64,000 bases of DNA. Origin: Squalus acanthias (lineage: Eukaryota). This document shows positions 49,046 through 61,770 of the stretch, piece after piece. The notes under the pieces are model-generated. The model was given only the letters and a program-made list of their open reading frames with translations, ran no database searches and was not told where the DNA came from. The DNA lies in the NCBI GenBank assembly GCA_030390025.1, contig CM059430.1, forward strand, positions 4,526,001 to 4,590,000, given 5' to 3'. Both the position numbers and the translations under genes were made by a program. Numbering within the stretch: position 1 is the first letter of the stretch; every line of letters starts with the position of its first letter.

Positions 49046-50819
49046 TTTGTTTAATTAAATAAGAATTAGCATTTCCAAGCAGCAATTGCCAGTCACAGAT
49101 TTATGACAGAAATTAAACATTAGATTGTGATTGCAATTACACTAGATACACATATTATTGTAATTTAAAAAAAATCTATTTAGATGACACACTGTGGCAA
49201 CATAATATGTTTCTTAAACAGCAGGTTAATATTTAAGTGTAACAATAAAGAGTGAATGGCGAACATGGATCATTGGGCTCATGTGACTAAATTACAACAG
49301 AGATGAGGTTAGCTTTCTCATCATTTATTTTCATACATGTGCAATAATATGGCTTATCATGAATTTATTAACTGGTAGACTGCTTTTGATCAGATGCAAT
49401 AGTGAATGGGTATTTGAAATGGAGTTTTAAAATTTGGGGTAATATAGGACTAAAAAAGCAGTTGTAAAGTGGGCCAAAAAGTATTATCATGCACAGTTAC
49501 GTATTTTGATTCTGACCTGCAAAACCTATCAACATAAAGCAAATATAGAAGATCATATAATAATAATATATAATAATATACCAATTTATTAACACAACAT
49601 TTACTAGTAGCTGCAAAACAATTAAAGATTGCCAAAAATGTAGATCAGTTAACACCAAAGTCCATTTGTTGTGAGGGCTGTCACTCTGCTACACCGTGAT
49701 GATGTCAAGAAGAAACAGAACAGAAAATAGGAGGCAAAATGAAGCCAGCACTGTAGTCTACTCAGTCTTGTCTGTAGACTCTGGATCAGAAGTCAGAAGG
49801 GTTCCTGGATCAAAGAGGGTCATTCCTGGAAGAGAAAAGGAGGAGGAGGAAGTCAGAAGGCTGGGTCACAATAGGACCAAAAGGGAAAAGAGAAGGGGAG
49901 TAGGATGGGAAACAGTGTTTTGCCATCTAATGGACAACCATTTACCAGTTCATGAATTCATGGTAAATTAGATTTCCGTATCAATTGTAATGGCAAAGAT
50001 GTTTAAAATACGGTTCTAAACTCCTTAAAGTTCCACCCTAATTGATTTGACTACCAACAAGATAAAGTGAAGTATCACAGTAATTGAAAGTCTACTCTTG
50101 TATCAAGTTCTAGAGCCTGACCACTGTTGTCTTGCCATGATTGTGTGGAGTCCCACTTCCCCCAACACCTATCCAGACAAACACTACTGGTGACAAAATT
50201 ACCTCTAATCTACTGAATATGAGCTGCCTGTGTATACACCCCAAATCATGGATTTCATCCCATGATCAATGTGCTTGGCCTAACTCAACACCACAAACTT
50301 GTAGAGCATACACACAAAGCATCTAAGGACTCTTATCTGGGGAGATATGTTCCAAATATGTCTCTGAGCCTCCGGGAGAAAACATATGTTTCTGAATATT
50401 CTGAACTAAAAAGAAACGTAATAAGGTATGAAAGACTAAGGTTTTCTTTTGACCTTACTGTGAGTGAAATGTAATAGTTTAAAGGATTAGGACAAAAAAA
50501 TGCTCCAAGACGTTAAGGAGACAGAAGTCCCAGGCAAAGGCCTTGTGAGACCGAAGTTTAGCAGCTTGGTCTTGAAGAGCTAAGGGAGTTTCTCGCTTGC
50601 TAAGTAGCAAGAAAATTAATCTATATGCTAATTCTGTTACACTTAGATCTGGGTGGTTAAAGGGAGATGTTCCTAAACTCAAAGGAGGAGTACTGAGTAC
50701 TTGACAGTGGAAGTCTGTAGACCCAGAGGGAGCCTGCTAACGTATTTACAAATCATTTATTTTGGTACTGGAAGATCCACTTCATAGCTTGTCTAAAACT
50801 TGTTTTTGGATGCATTCCT

Positions 50820-51910
50820 AGATGTGTGCCGGAGGACTGAAGAGCGGCCAATGTAGTACCCATCTCAAAAGGCACGATCGTGCTTGACAAACCCCATAGA
50901 ATTCTTTGAGGTGGTAACAGACATGGTGGATGGGGGAAATGCAATGGACGTAGTGTACATGGACTTTAGGAAAGCCTTCGACAGGGTACCACTGGGAGAT
51001 TACTAGAGAGTATATCAAAGCAAGAGATATAGTTAATTCTTTAGAAGACCAAAGGAAATTTCAAAGGAATATTGATAAGATGGGGGAATGGGATAAAAAA
51101 TGACAGATGAAACTCATGGCCAGTAAGTGTGTGGTGCTGCATTCCGGTAGAAAAATAGCAGCAGTAATTATACTCTGCATAAAAGTAGGGTTGATGCTGT
51201 GGAGGAGCAGATAGACTTCGGGGTACAGGTTCACAGAACATTAAAGGCAGCCCCTCAGGTTGATAAAGCTGCAAAAAAAAAGCTAATAAAATCTAGGTTT
51301 CATCTCAAGAGGAATAGAATATAAAAGCCAAGAGGCAAAGATAAGCCTATGTAAAACCTTAATAAAACCTCAGTTAGAGAACTGTCTGCAGTTTTGGGCT
51401 CCACATTATAGGAAGGATATTGAGGCTTTAGAGAGTGTGCAACATAGATTCATTAGGATACTGCTTAGTATGAGGAAATACAAATACACAGAAAGACTTG
51501 ATAAATTGGGTCTTTTTTCATTAGAACAATGTAGATTATGGGGCAATACAATAGAAGTGTTTAAAATTATGAAATAGAAGCAGCCTGTTTCCAATAGTTG
51601 AGAGGGGGTCAAGAACGAGGGGCCATAGATACAAGATTAATTGTAAGAGATTTAGATCAGAGGGCAGCAGAGACTTTTTTTTACGCTGTGGAATTCACTT
51701 CCAGGGTTAGTGGTTGAGGTAGAAGCTATGTCAACTTTCAAGATTAGATTAGATAAGATAGGCGGATGAAGGAAAAGGTGCTGAAGGGATATGGGAATGA
51801 GTGGGTAAATGTGATTAGGTCTATTTGCTCGCATGGAGGGTAAACACTGACATGGACTTATTGGGCCGAATGACCTGTTTCCATATTGTAAGTGCTCTGC
51901 ATTTCTATGA
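50820..51910 (+). mobile_element. Decayed CR1 LINE (RT to 3' UTR, internally deleted)
   Basis: ANVVP, SCLTN, DVVYMDFRKAFDRVP, QFWAPHYRKDIEALESVQHRF, ERLDKLGLFSLEQ and RGHRYK motifs with stops and frameshifts. Ends in a CR1-type 3' UTR. Confidence 0.9.
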
Positions 51911-53504
51911 ATACTTAATATATTTCTCAACCTTTGGGTGGTAAACATTAGTGTCCATCTAGTCCACCACTGATAAAGAGAGTGTGGACATTGCAGATGG
52001 TAAATTAATCCAAACAGTAAGGCTGATTGTGATTGAGGATTTAGATGTGTCTTACACGTTGATGCTCAAATCCAGGCTGGACAAAAATTGGATGCATGTC
52101 TTCCTGATCCAGAACAGAAATGTGAGGAATATGAAGTTATAATGGTGTAAAGAACCAATAGAATAGGGTGCTAGAAGTGGTGGCTCACCTCGGAGGTAGC
52201 AGGTTTGAAAATACATGACCAATAATAATTGTCTACAGTACAGCACATGCACCCATAGGAAACAATGTGGGGTAGAAAGAGTTGATGTGAGCAATGCAGG
52301 GAGATGCAAGCCTGGGGTGGAGAACAAACATCAAGGCAAAATGAGAGTGAACACTCCTGCAAGCCAATTGATAAAAGGAATAGGAGGAGGAACTGAGGAG
52401 CATGTGTAATGGAGCAATGCTCCCTTCTTTCAAAGTGACTTTAATGTGAAATGTTGCACATCCTGCCTTGCTTCTGAAAACTTGTCAATTGTGAGTATGA
52501 CTGAAAGAGAAGCAGGTGAGGCCTCAGTCTCCAAGGCAATTGACCAGTTCAACATTCTTTGATGCTTTGGCCAGGTCCCCTGACAAATATGAAACAATAT
52601 CAAGCAAATTGTTGGAAAAGGAAGAAAATATTGTTCTCTAATAATTACATTCTACAAGGTGACTGGGACAGGACATATTGCCACACATCATTCATTAAAA
52701 AAACCTGGAGCTGTGCGTGTAAGTGCTTTTTAACTGGGTGGACGCTCCCATGTATTCTCATTGGTCAATGGCATTTCGAGATTCCAATGTATACATACAA
52801 AACTATTTGAAATATTCCAAGTGTCACTGAAAGGATAATATAACAATCTTATCTGAATTGACAACAGTCTCACTCAAAGTTCTAATTGATCAAACAGTTC
52901 TCATTTCCTATTTCACTACAAATATGGGGAATTATTTTCAAATTGTCTATTTCAAATTACATTTTGCCTCCACTGCTGCCGATATAATTGGGATTATCTG
53001 GCCTGGAATTTATGCTGCTGGAGTGGTGATTGTTGTATAACTGTACAATTTCTTCAACATCTCCCCAAAGAATCCGGTTTTAATTTTTAGGTGAGGTTTT
53101 CTCACACATAGACATATTTTTGTTATTGCAGGTTGATCTTTTTAACATTTAATTTTCTAATTTTTTTTTACCAGTAGAGGTCGGGAGGCAGACATTTGCA
53201 GCGCAGGTACGAACTATCCTACTACTGTACATTGCACATTAGAGCACCAATGCTCTGCACGACAAGGCTATCTCTGTCTTTGGTCTTTTAAAGTAGAAAG
53301 TGCAGCCCTGCTTGCTGGTTTTGTAATTAAGTCGGAAATTGAATGTTTATTTAAATGACAGTTCTTCATCTGCAATCAATAAATGAATAGGCAGAATTCT
53401 GGAGTTCCTTAGAATGTGAATATAGTGGTTACAGGCAATGAGTAACCATTCTTTTTATTACTAAGAATTTAGATCACTTGACTACAATCTGACAATATTT
53501 AGAA

Positions 53505-53920
53505 CCTAAAATGTTAGGAATAGGAAAGTACCAGCAAGACCTATTACTTTTTATTAATCTCAACCCCAGTTCCTGGTCTTATCAGCATATCTCTCAATCC
53601 CTTCTCCACAGAAATACACACAGTTGCCTCTTGAATCAATTTATGTTACTTCCTTCAATGGCCTTCACTGATATCAAGCCCATTATTTTCTTACTCTTAA
53701 CTTTCTGATTTTAAACTTATGTCCCCTGGTATTTGAACCCTTTGCCATACTGAAAAAAGTTGCCCGAATCAACCTTCATAATCTTAAAAAAAATTCAATG
53801 AGGCCATCTCAAAGTCTCCTCTTTTGTGAAGGGAACAATCCAGCTTCCTTAACTTTCCTTGTCATTTAGGTTCCTAGTACCTGGAATCATCTTGGTCGCT
53901 TGCCTCTGTACACTTTCAGG
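53505..53920 (-). mobile_element. Strongly decayed CR1 3' fragment
   Basis: tttaaacttatgtcccctgg and cctggaatcatcttggtcgc...cctctgtacactttc are reverse complements of RG(H/D).FK and KVQR..TKMIPG motifs. Confidence 0.6.
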
Positions 53921-55267
53921 GGTTTGTGTGAGTGATTCTCAAGCGTTGTAGTCATTTTCAACAGAATTATTTAACAATATTCACTTAACCACTAACACTA
54001 TTTGAAAAAAACAGTGAACAATTGGAGGATAGTACACTGGTAGAGGTCAAGTGTAGATTTGCTTTCACATGAATGAATTAATTTGTGACACACTTAGTGA
54101 ACAAAAGGTTAAGTACAGGGTGCTACTGCAGCATGCAACCTGCACACCTGTGGTGATAAGATAATTTAATGGCAATTAAGGCAGTACATAAGGGCCTACA
54201 CTTAACCCTTTATTCATTAACTGTGCTACAAAATTGGTCTATTAATTTAATGATTGCAATTGGGTAGTCAAAACAGACTGTTTTCCAATTAGTATTTATA
54301 GATGTGCCATTTTTCCCCGATTTTAGCAGCCTTTGCTTTAAATCTCACGTTTACTGTGATAGAACTGGTTCTCTCTATCTGTAGACATGCTAGCAGAATG
54401 CATAGATAATGGGCTAAAGTCAGCTTTCTTTGCGATGCTTCATGTCAATCAATAAAATAGTCTTCAATATATATATTCCTTACATTTACAGGACAGATCT
54501 GCTCCTGGTGCAACGGCAGAACTGGCAGCAAGTTCTTACTTTAAACCTTGTGGTTTAATGGGAGTTAAAGTTTGCAACTACCACCTCAGGATGTGGTTTC
54601 CAAACACATCTTCCTGCAAACTAAATCCCGGAGACTGACTCCGCTGTACTCTGCAAAAACTTCCCCACATCTTCTTTCTGAACATAAAACAAGCATACTA
54701 ATCTCGTCTAAATAGATTGTACAGCTTTGCAAATATTCCATCGCCAACAGCAGGTGAGGAATTGTTAATGTCTTTCAGGGTTTGATTTAGGTGTTTAACA
54801 CGGAGGGAAAATATTAAATATTCCTGTGAGTGGACTCAACTTTGCTTTCCATAATCTTTCCTTGATTCCTCCAAACTCAATCCTCATTCACAGTCCTCAC
54901 TCAATTAGTTATTGTACTGAAACTTTGCATCCTCTTGATAGCTAGGACTGCTTGTTCTGGCCTCCCACATTGTACTCTCATTGTCCCTGAACCCTCAAAC
55001 TGCTTACTCTGATCTCGAAACTCCTCTTCTCAGCCCCTTAAATGCAAGTTTCACTTTCCATGGTCTTCTAGCTTGCATCTGTTGAGCCAGCCATACTGCA
55101 ATGCCAATTTACCATTACAACTTCTAATTATAACATCTCGTTGTATTCATTACATAACAGCTACTTTAATGATCTTCTTGAAGCTCCCCTTGCTTGCACA
55201 TGCAATTCTGTGCCTTGCACAGCAAGAACATCCTTAGCAAACAATTCAAAAATCAAAAATCAAATGA

Positions 55268-55615
55268 AATATAGAATAGTTACAGCACAGTAGGCAGCCA
55301 TTCAACCCGTCGAGTCCGTGCCGGCTCTCTGCAAGAGCACTTCAGCCAGTCCCACTCCCCCACCCTTTCCCCGTAGCCCAGCAAATTTTTTTCCTTCAGG
55401 TACTTATCCAATTCCCTTTAGAAAATCACGATTGAGTCTGCCTCCACCACCCTTTCAGGCAGTGCATTCCAGATCATAACCACTCGCTGCGTAAAAAAGT
55501 TTTTCCTCATGTCGCCTTTGGATCTTCACCTTAAATCTGTGTCCTCTGGTTCTCGACCTTTCCGCCAATGGGAACAGTTTCTCTCGATCTACTCTCTGTC
55601 TACATCCCTCATGAT
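55268..55615 (-). mobile_element. CR1 3' end
   Basis: Reverse-complement homologue of 13030-13385 (VDREKLFPLAERSRTRGHRFKV...). Confidence 0.92.
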
Positions 55616-56061
55616 ATTGGGAGAAATATGAAGTAGTACGATCAGTTCTGAGAAACAATACATTTTGAACTGCATAACTGACAAAAATTCACCCTTCAGC
55701 TGCAGGTTATCCATTCTGATGTCTCTTCGTGGTTTTTGTATGGCTTCTCCAGTTCTAATGAAGTCTGTGATAGCCAAGTCTGGTTTGAATCCCTGAACAT
55801 CCACTTTCAAACTTCAAAGCTAAGGTAATAGTCTCTATATTATGAGTTGGTGGTATCCTATTCAAAAGGTGGTGAAGTTCTGAAAAGGGGGGTGAAAATA
55901 ACAACATGTACATACTAATTATATACAAGAGCATATTATCTTAATTTTTACTTATACTGTCAAATCACCCTTCATTTAAAAAAAATGCATTTTTGTTTAA
56001 TTTTTTCCTCAGTAATTTAAGGGCGTCAGTGCTGGGTAATAATAAACTTGACTTTACATGT

Positions 56062-57125
56062 TGGCCCAGAGATTTGGCCGCGCAGTGTCGATTTGTCAGG
56101 TGCTAAACGACCTCCTAAGCCTCCAATATGGCGGGCAGGAAGCATACACTCATTAGGAGCTGGAAATGCGCCACCCGCTATATTGGTAAAGGCCAAAAAA
56201 AAAAATCAGCATGCAGTGCCCACCCCTGAAACATATGTAAATAAGTGGTCTAATGCAAGATTGGTTTGCCCTGAGGCAGGCTGACACCAACAAGGTAAGT
56301 TTAAAAAAAAATACTTACCTGAATACTTTCCCTTGGCCTATCTTGTAGGGTATGCCCAATATTCACAGTTAATTTTCTGATGGTCAGGCTATATCTATAC
56401 TGCAGCTACCATGCTGAGACTGGTAGCTACAGGCCATGTTTACAGTGTACTATCATTCTGAGACTGGTAGCTGCAGGTTACATTCACCAATCTGAGACTG
56501 GTAGCTACAAACTGTATTTAAACTATAGCTACCATCTGGGACTGGTAGCTAGAGGCTGTGTTTATACCGTACTACCATTCGGAGACTGGTAGCTACAGGC
56601 TGTGTTTATACCGTACTACCATTCTGAGACTGGTGGCTATAGAATCAATTCCAGTCCAGCACTACCTTATTTTTACTGTCTAATTCCAAATTGAATTTTC
56701 GGGACTAGGAGCAAGCTCCCAGATGCGGAATTTTAAATGCACTGAGTGGGCAGGCAGGAATTTCTGCACTCTCACAACATTTGAAACAACTCTTGCGTAA
56801 GTTTGTAAACACTTTCTTTTCGAACAGGTTTGACACAGCACTGGAGTTGTACACTACGTGGTGTCAAACCCAAATGGTGTGAAACAGCCTCCCCAAGAGG
56901 TGTCACACTGCTGTGCTCTGGAGCTGGCTCTGGATTTATATTGTCATTTTTGCATCACTGTGAAGCAGAAATGGCTTCTCAGCGATGCAGTTATGGGGGT
57001 AATGTTGTGAGGACATGCTGCCAGTGCATGTCGGAAAACTGATTTCAGCACACCCATGGTTTTACGATATGTGTTGATGCCGGGTACAGGTGACCACCAT
57101 CAGTAGGTACTCAAAATCTTACCCC
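56062..57125. mobile_element. Old MITE-like composite region (boundaries uncertain)
   Basis: Starts ggcccagagattt, has an internal inverted repeat ccaatatggcggg / cccgctatattgg, and ends aaaatcttacccc. Confidence 0.4.
56387..56641. repeat. 44-bp minisatellite, 6 copies, with an internal hairpin
   Basis: The core ctgagactggtagct (or a one-mismatch variant) recurs at 56414, 56458, 56492, 56536, 56580 and 56624. Confidence 0.9.
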
Positions 57126-60100
57126 GTATGACTGCATCTTTGAAGTGAGTATTCTCTAAAAAAAAAATGTTTGCATTAATTGAGCCAAAGGGCAAAGTCA
57201 TTTTGATTGTGAACTGGTTTGTTCCATGAGCGATATTCAGTTTTGTAAAACCTCCCACTGGAATGAACAGAAATATGAAAGTGTTAGAGAGAACATGGCA
57301 GATTACTGGAGTGTAGTGTGCCTAAACAATTTTGTAATTTAAATTGTCTTTTCTGTGATTAGTTATGACTGGATTCTCTAAAGAAGGATCTAGTTTGTAT
57401 TCTGCATCTTTTTTAATGGAGGAATCAATTTTGTTTTCAAATCAGATCTTTGTAAACATAAATGTTAATGTCTTCTTAAACTCAGTTTAATTTTCGAAAG
57501 TAAACCCAGTTACAGCATGTTGCAGATCATTCCATTGAACTCAGCCTCATCTGCAATCAACATATTTATTGAATTTCAATACCTCACTGCTTAATGGAAG
57601 TATTGAAAAGTTAAACAATCCAAAATAATTTTTATAGATCACTTACTTAGGAATTTAGTGTTAAACAAAACTGTGTATAATTTGTCAAGCTTCCAATATT
57701 TTTTAAATAATTACCAATTATTATGTGCCACATGAAAATATCATCAAACTAATGTCTCCTAGCTCAACAGCATATAATCCCTTGTTTAAAAAAATGTTCT
57801 GAATATATTTCTTTACTTTCCTAAAATCCAGTATAATTATTTTTAAATATTGCTGTTTTCAATTATGTTTGCATAACAAATTTAGCATGTTATTTTACAC
57901 AGAAAGTACAAGTTCAAACATTTTCTCTTCAGACATATTCATATTTATACTGACCAAAAACAATGACCGAGGTTAAGATTAATTGGTGCCCCCTCTACCC
58001 TTCCTCCTGCACGAATGTACGATCCTAAATCACACTAACCTCAATGTCTATTGTAATGTCTTATTACATTTGGGAAATCAATAGCAGTTCCAATTTATTC
58101 AGCATGTTAGAAATGAAATGTATCTTTTAATAAACAATTTCTAAAACAATACAAATTGAATAAATATTCTTTGCGAAAATTTGAAAACAAAACATCAATC
58201 AGAGAACAAACACAATTTTGCAACTCTCAGAATGTAGTAATACGCTAAGACAACTGATTCTTTTCTTCTTTCTCTTCCATACCTAGCAGCATATGAGGCA
58301 ACCCATTTCTTCCACTGTTTACAACCAGCAGATTATGCTCTGGGTTGTGTCCGTAACAAAGACCCTTTTTTATGTGGACAGGTCGTTAGGCTGATTCTGA
58401 AACACCTGCTCTTCCCTTCGGATTTTCTCCCAAGTCACGACTGTTTCAGGGAACTTCCAACGTTATCATTTATGTTGCAGTAAAAAAAAATTCTACGCTT
58501 TCAAATATGTTGCTATTTTGAGAAGAACTGATGCGTGTGAATTTTAAGACGAGATACATGCAGATTTACTTTACATTTATTTGTTATAAAAACCGCTTGC
58601 TGTTAAACCAAGGCACTGTTCCTCCGTCCCCACCCTTTGGAAGATAAAGCATACTGTCAGGAGAATGGGCGAGCTCTCAGACTCAAACAAAACAAATGCT
58701 TAAGATTCAAGATTAGCCAAAAAAGTTGTCAAACTGGAAGTAATTAGAACTCCCACTTTATGTTCAATTATTTTACAATTGATCAAACACTCACAAAAGC
58801 GCATGTATTATTCATTGAGTTTTTAAAGCAATGAAAAACGAGAATAAAAAAGTAGCAGATCACTCACTTTAATCCATTGTTCTCATATTTATTAATTGCG
58901 TATTAGTTACATCTGGTCCCTGGCTGATTGTTTTCTGTTAATTTGAATCTCAATAAATCAGAGATTGCTACACTCCAACTCATCATGTTAACCGTTTGTG
59001 GCCTAAGTTTCCCACACAGCAAAATAGGTTTCTCATTATGTCACCTTTAGTCATGTTCCGTAAAAGCTTTTAAAGTATCATTTTGTGGTCGTGGATATTA
59101 AGAAAAAAAAACCTCACCCCAATGCTTCTAATAGTATTAGCAAAAACCGTGTGCTGATGGTGCGGGGGGTGCAAAAAAAAAAGGGGACTCCATCCTCGCT
59201 GTCATGACGAGCTGTATGTAAAATAGTTGGCCTATCAGATGCAAATTCATTTTTTCTATCCTAGTCCATTAAATTGCCACAACATTAGCTCACCAACATT
59301 GCAGGAGGTGGGAGTGAGTGGGGGATATGACCACTGGGACAGCAACCTCCTGACAACTGGATGAAGTCGGCAGTTGTGTAAACCCAGGGAAGCAGTCCCA
59401 TGCATTTTGCTCTCTGGGTCTCTGTATTAGAAGCAGAGCCTAATGCACCGTCAGACATCAGATCCCAATTCCACGTGGGAAAGCAAAAGAGATGCAGTGT
59501 TAAAAGCGCCCTTTGTATCTTTGCTGTAAACCTTGCAACACTAGGCTGCTCTATAAAACAGCATTTAAGTTATTCAACAGAAGTGTGGGGCTGATTCTGT
59601 GGCTGCTGTGTGCTCCACCTTATTCAGAAGGTATTGGACACAGACAGTTGTGTAGGTGTACCGCAGGACTGTCTTTTACTTATTTATGAGCACAGTGGGG
59701 CTCCCTTTTACTTATTTTTCAAATGACAGAATCCCATTTCCCAGAGATACAGGGTTGTATTTAAAAGTTATTGAAATACATACTCACGCCATTTCGTTTT
59801 TGACTTGTATCTTGCAAAAAGTTATATATTGGTACTTAAAAAAATTTATTTCAAATTCCACAAATTAAATTTTTCTAAACCTATAAAAAGTTCAAAGACT
59901 CTGTACTTCTGTAAAAATGATTGTTCTCTCTCTCTCACGCACTCTAAAATAAAGATAACACCATAAAGGTTTAATTCTTGGCACTTTTAAAATGATGTTA
60001 ATGGAGATTTACAGAAGTTCATTTCCTTAACTGTTCTACAAGGATTCTGCACAATTAAAGCAATTATATTTTTAATATTTTTTTAAAACATTACATTCCT

Positions 60101-60394
60101 CCTGTGGGTACTGTCTCTATTCCTCATATATATATTTATAATTAGTTGATCCCCTAAGCCAGCCAGTTTCTGCTTCCCATCACTTGATGTCCAGGTCAGC
60201 TGGAATGAGAGATGCATATGTGGATCTATCACAACGACCATTTGCTGCTCAGGAAACAGGCTCAGAGTGACAGTGGGTGGGAATGCACAGCTGCAGTCTA
60301 TTTTACCTGTCCACATCTAAAATGGTGGCCCTGGTAAGGAAAAGTGAATTTCTATTCTGTTTGAAATGATTCTTTAACATTGTTATTTATGCAG

Positions 60395-60860
60395 TGTCAG
60401 CTGTGGCTCAGTGGGTAGCGCGCTCGCCTCTGAGTCAGAAGGTTGTGGGTTCAAGTCCCGCTCCAGGGACTTGTGCACATAAAGCAAGGCTGACGCTCCA
60501 GTGCAGTGCTGAGGGAGTGCTGCACTGTCGGAGGTGCCGTCTTTTGGATGAGATGTTAAACCGAGGCCCCGTCTGCTCTCTCAGGTGGACGTAAAAGATC
60601 CCATGGCACTATTTCGAAGAAGAGCAGGGGAGTTATCCCCGGTGTCCTGGCCAATGTTTATCCCTCAACCAACATAACAAAAACAGATTATCTGGTCATT
60701 ATCACATTGCTGTTTGTGAGAGCTTGCTGTGCGCAAATTGGCTGCCGCGTTTCCCACATTACAACAGTGACTACACTCCAAAAGTACTTCATTGGCTGTA
60801 AAGCGCTTTGAGATGTCTGGTGGCCGTGAAAGGCGCTATATGAATGTAGTCTTTCTTTCT
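60395..60860 (+). mobile_element. Near full-length SacSINE1/DeuSINE-type SINE
   Basis: A box tggctcagtggg (60404) and B box ggttcaagtcc (60448). Deu-domain-like core gatgagatgttaaaccgaggcccc...gtaaaagatcccatggcactatt...ggtgtcctggccaa. L2-like tail aaggcgctatatgaatg followed by (cttt)n. Confidence 0.9.
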
Positions 60861-60949
60861 GTAGAATTGCAGTATTAGTCATTTTAACACCAACAATGTT
60901 ACATTAAGGAGCACGCATCTGTTGATTTCTATGATAAAAATAAAAATAT

Positions 60950-61096
60950 GGGGGATAATTTTCAACTTCACACCCTTAACACGGCAGAGACGATCACCCA
61001 CCCGTTGTAAAACCTGCCCGAAATCAATGGAACAAAAATCGGGCAGGTTCTATAAATCTTCCAGGTTGCCAGGCAAAGAAGTTGAGAATTAACCCC
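60950..61096. mobile_element. Short palindromic MITE (copy A)
   Basis: TIR ggggataattttcaactt / aagttgagaattaacccc and inner inverted repeat aacctgcccga / tcgggcaggtt. Confidence 0.8.
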
Positions 61097-61235
61097 ATGG
61101 GATCTTATTGTCATCATACCTTAAAGATGCGCACATTAATCAGCTTGCAGAACATTTTTGAATGAACCCCTTTACTGGAATTGTGGATAGAAGTTTTATC
61201 TTCTCATCATTGGTGAGTGACTTGTGCTCCTCTCT

Positions 61236-61770
61236 GGCGATAATTTTCAATGCTCAACCTCACCACCATGGCGGCCACCTGGCAGAGCAGATCATCCACC
61301 CATTGCACAACGAGGGTTGCCAACCCTCGAGGATTGCCCTGGAGTCTCCAGGAATTAAAGACACATATCTCCAGGATGCTGCTGTGAGCAACCCAGGAGA
61401 ACAATCAGAGGCATTAAAAAAAAATGTAGTTTTAAAAATAATTTCTTTGAACACTTTGGTTATTGGTTATGAAAATATCTGAGATGGGAAAAATGATCTA
61501 AACAGGCAATGACGAATCTATTCACTTTCCCATTGATGTGGAAGGCGGCGCACCATAAGGATGGACGTGTTGGGTAATCAATGGCAGAGGAGTGAGGGGC
61601 AGGGTGGTTGGAGGCAGGAGGTCATGTGGTAACATCTCCAGGAATTTGTCCAACCAGCGTTGGCAAGTTTGGCAACCCTATGTAAACCTGCCTGATTTTA
61701 GTTCCATTGAAATCAAAGAAATCCACTCCTCCAGGTTACTGCCAGGGCAGCAAAGTTGAACATTACCTCC
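61236..61770. mobile_element. Palindromic MITE (copy B) interrupted by a hAT-like element
   Basis: ggcgataattttcaa...ggcagagcagatcatccacccattg | tgtaaacctgcctga...aaagttgaacattacctcc is collinear with copy A once 61312-61680 is removed. Confidence 0.7.
61312..61680. mobile_element. hAT-like non-autonomous element
   Basis: TIR agggttgccaa ... ttggcaaccct, repeated ctccagga subterminal motifs, and degenerate 8-bp flanks tgcacaac / tgtaaacc. Confidence 0.75.

Noticed and set aside
51960-52430. Additional very old LINE-like patches (also about 29030-29340, 49690-50350 and 54860-55230)
   Set aside because: Purine/pyrimidine skew suggests decayed L2/CR1 sequence, but I could not recover diagnostic motifs, so they are not annotated.
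56387-56641. CRISPR-like array of palindromic repeats with spacers
   Set aside because: The spacers are homologous to each other (two are identical), there are no cas genes, and the context is vertebrate. It is a minisatellite.
60400-60475. tRNA gene (also 24745-24810 and 48965-49040)
   Set aside because: A and B boxes are present, but they continue into SINE bodies and lack a proper acceptor stem. These are SINE heads.
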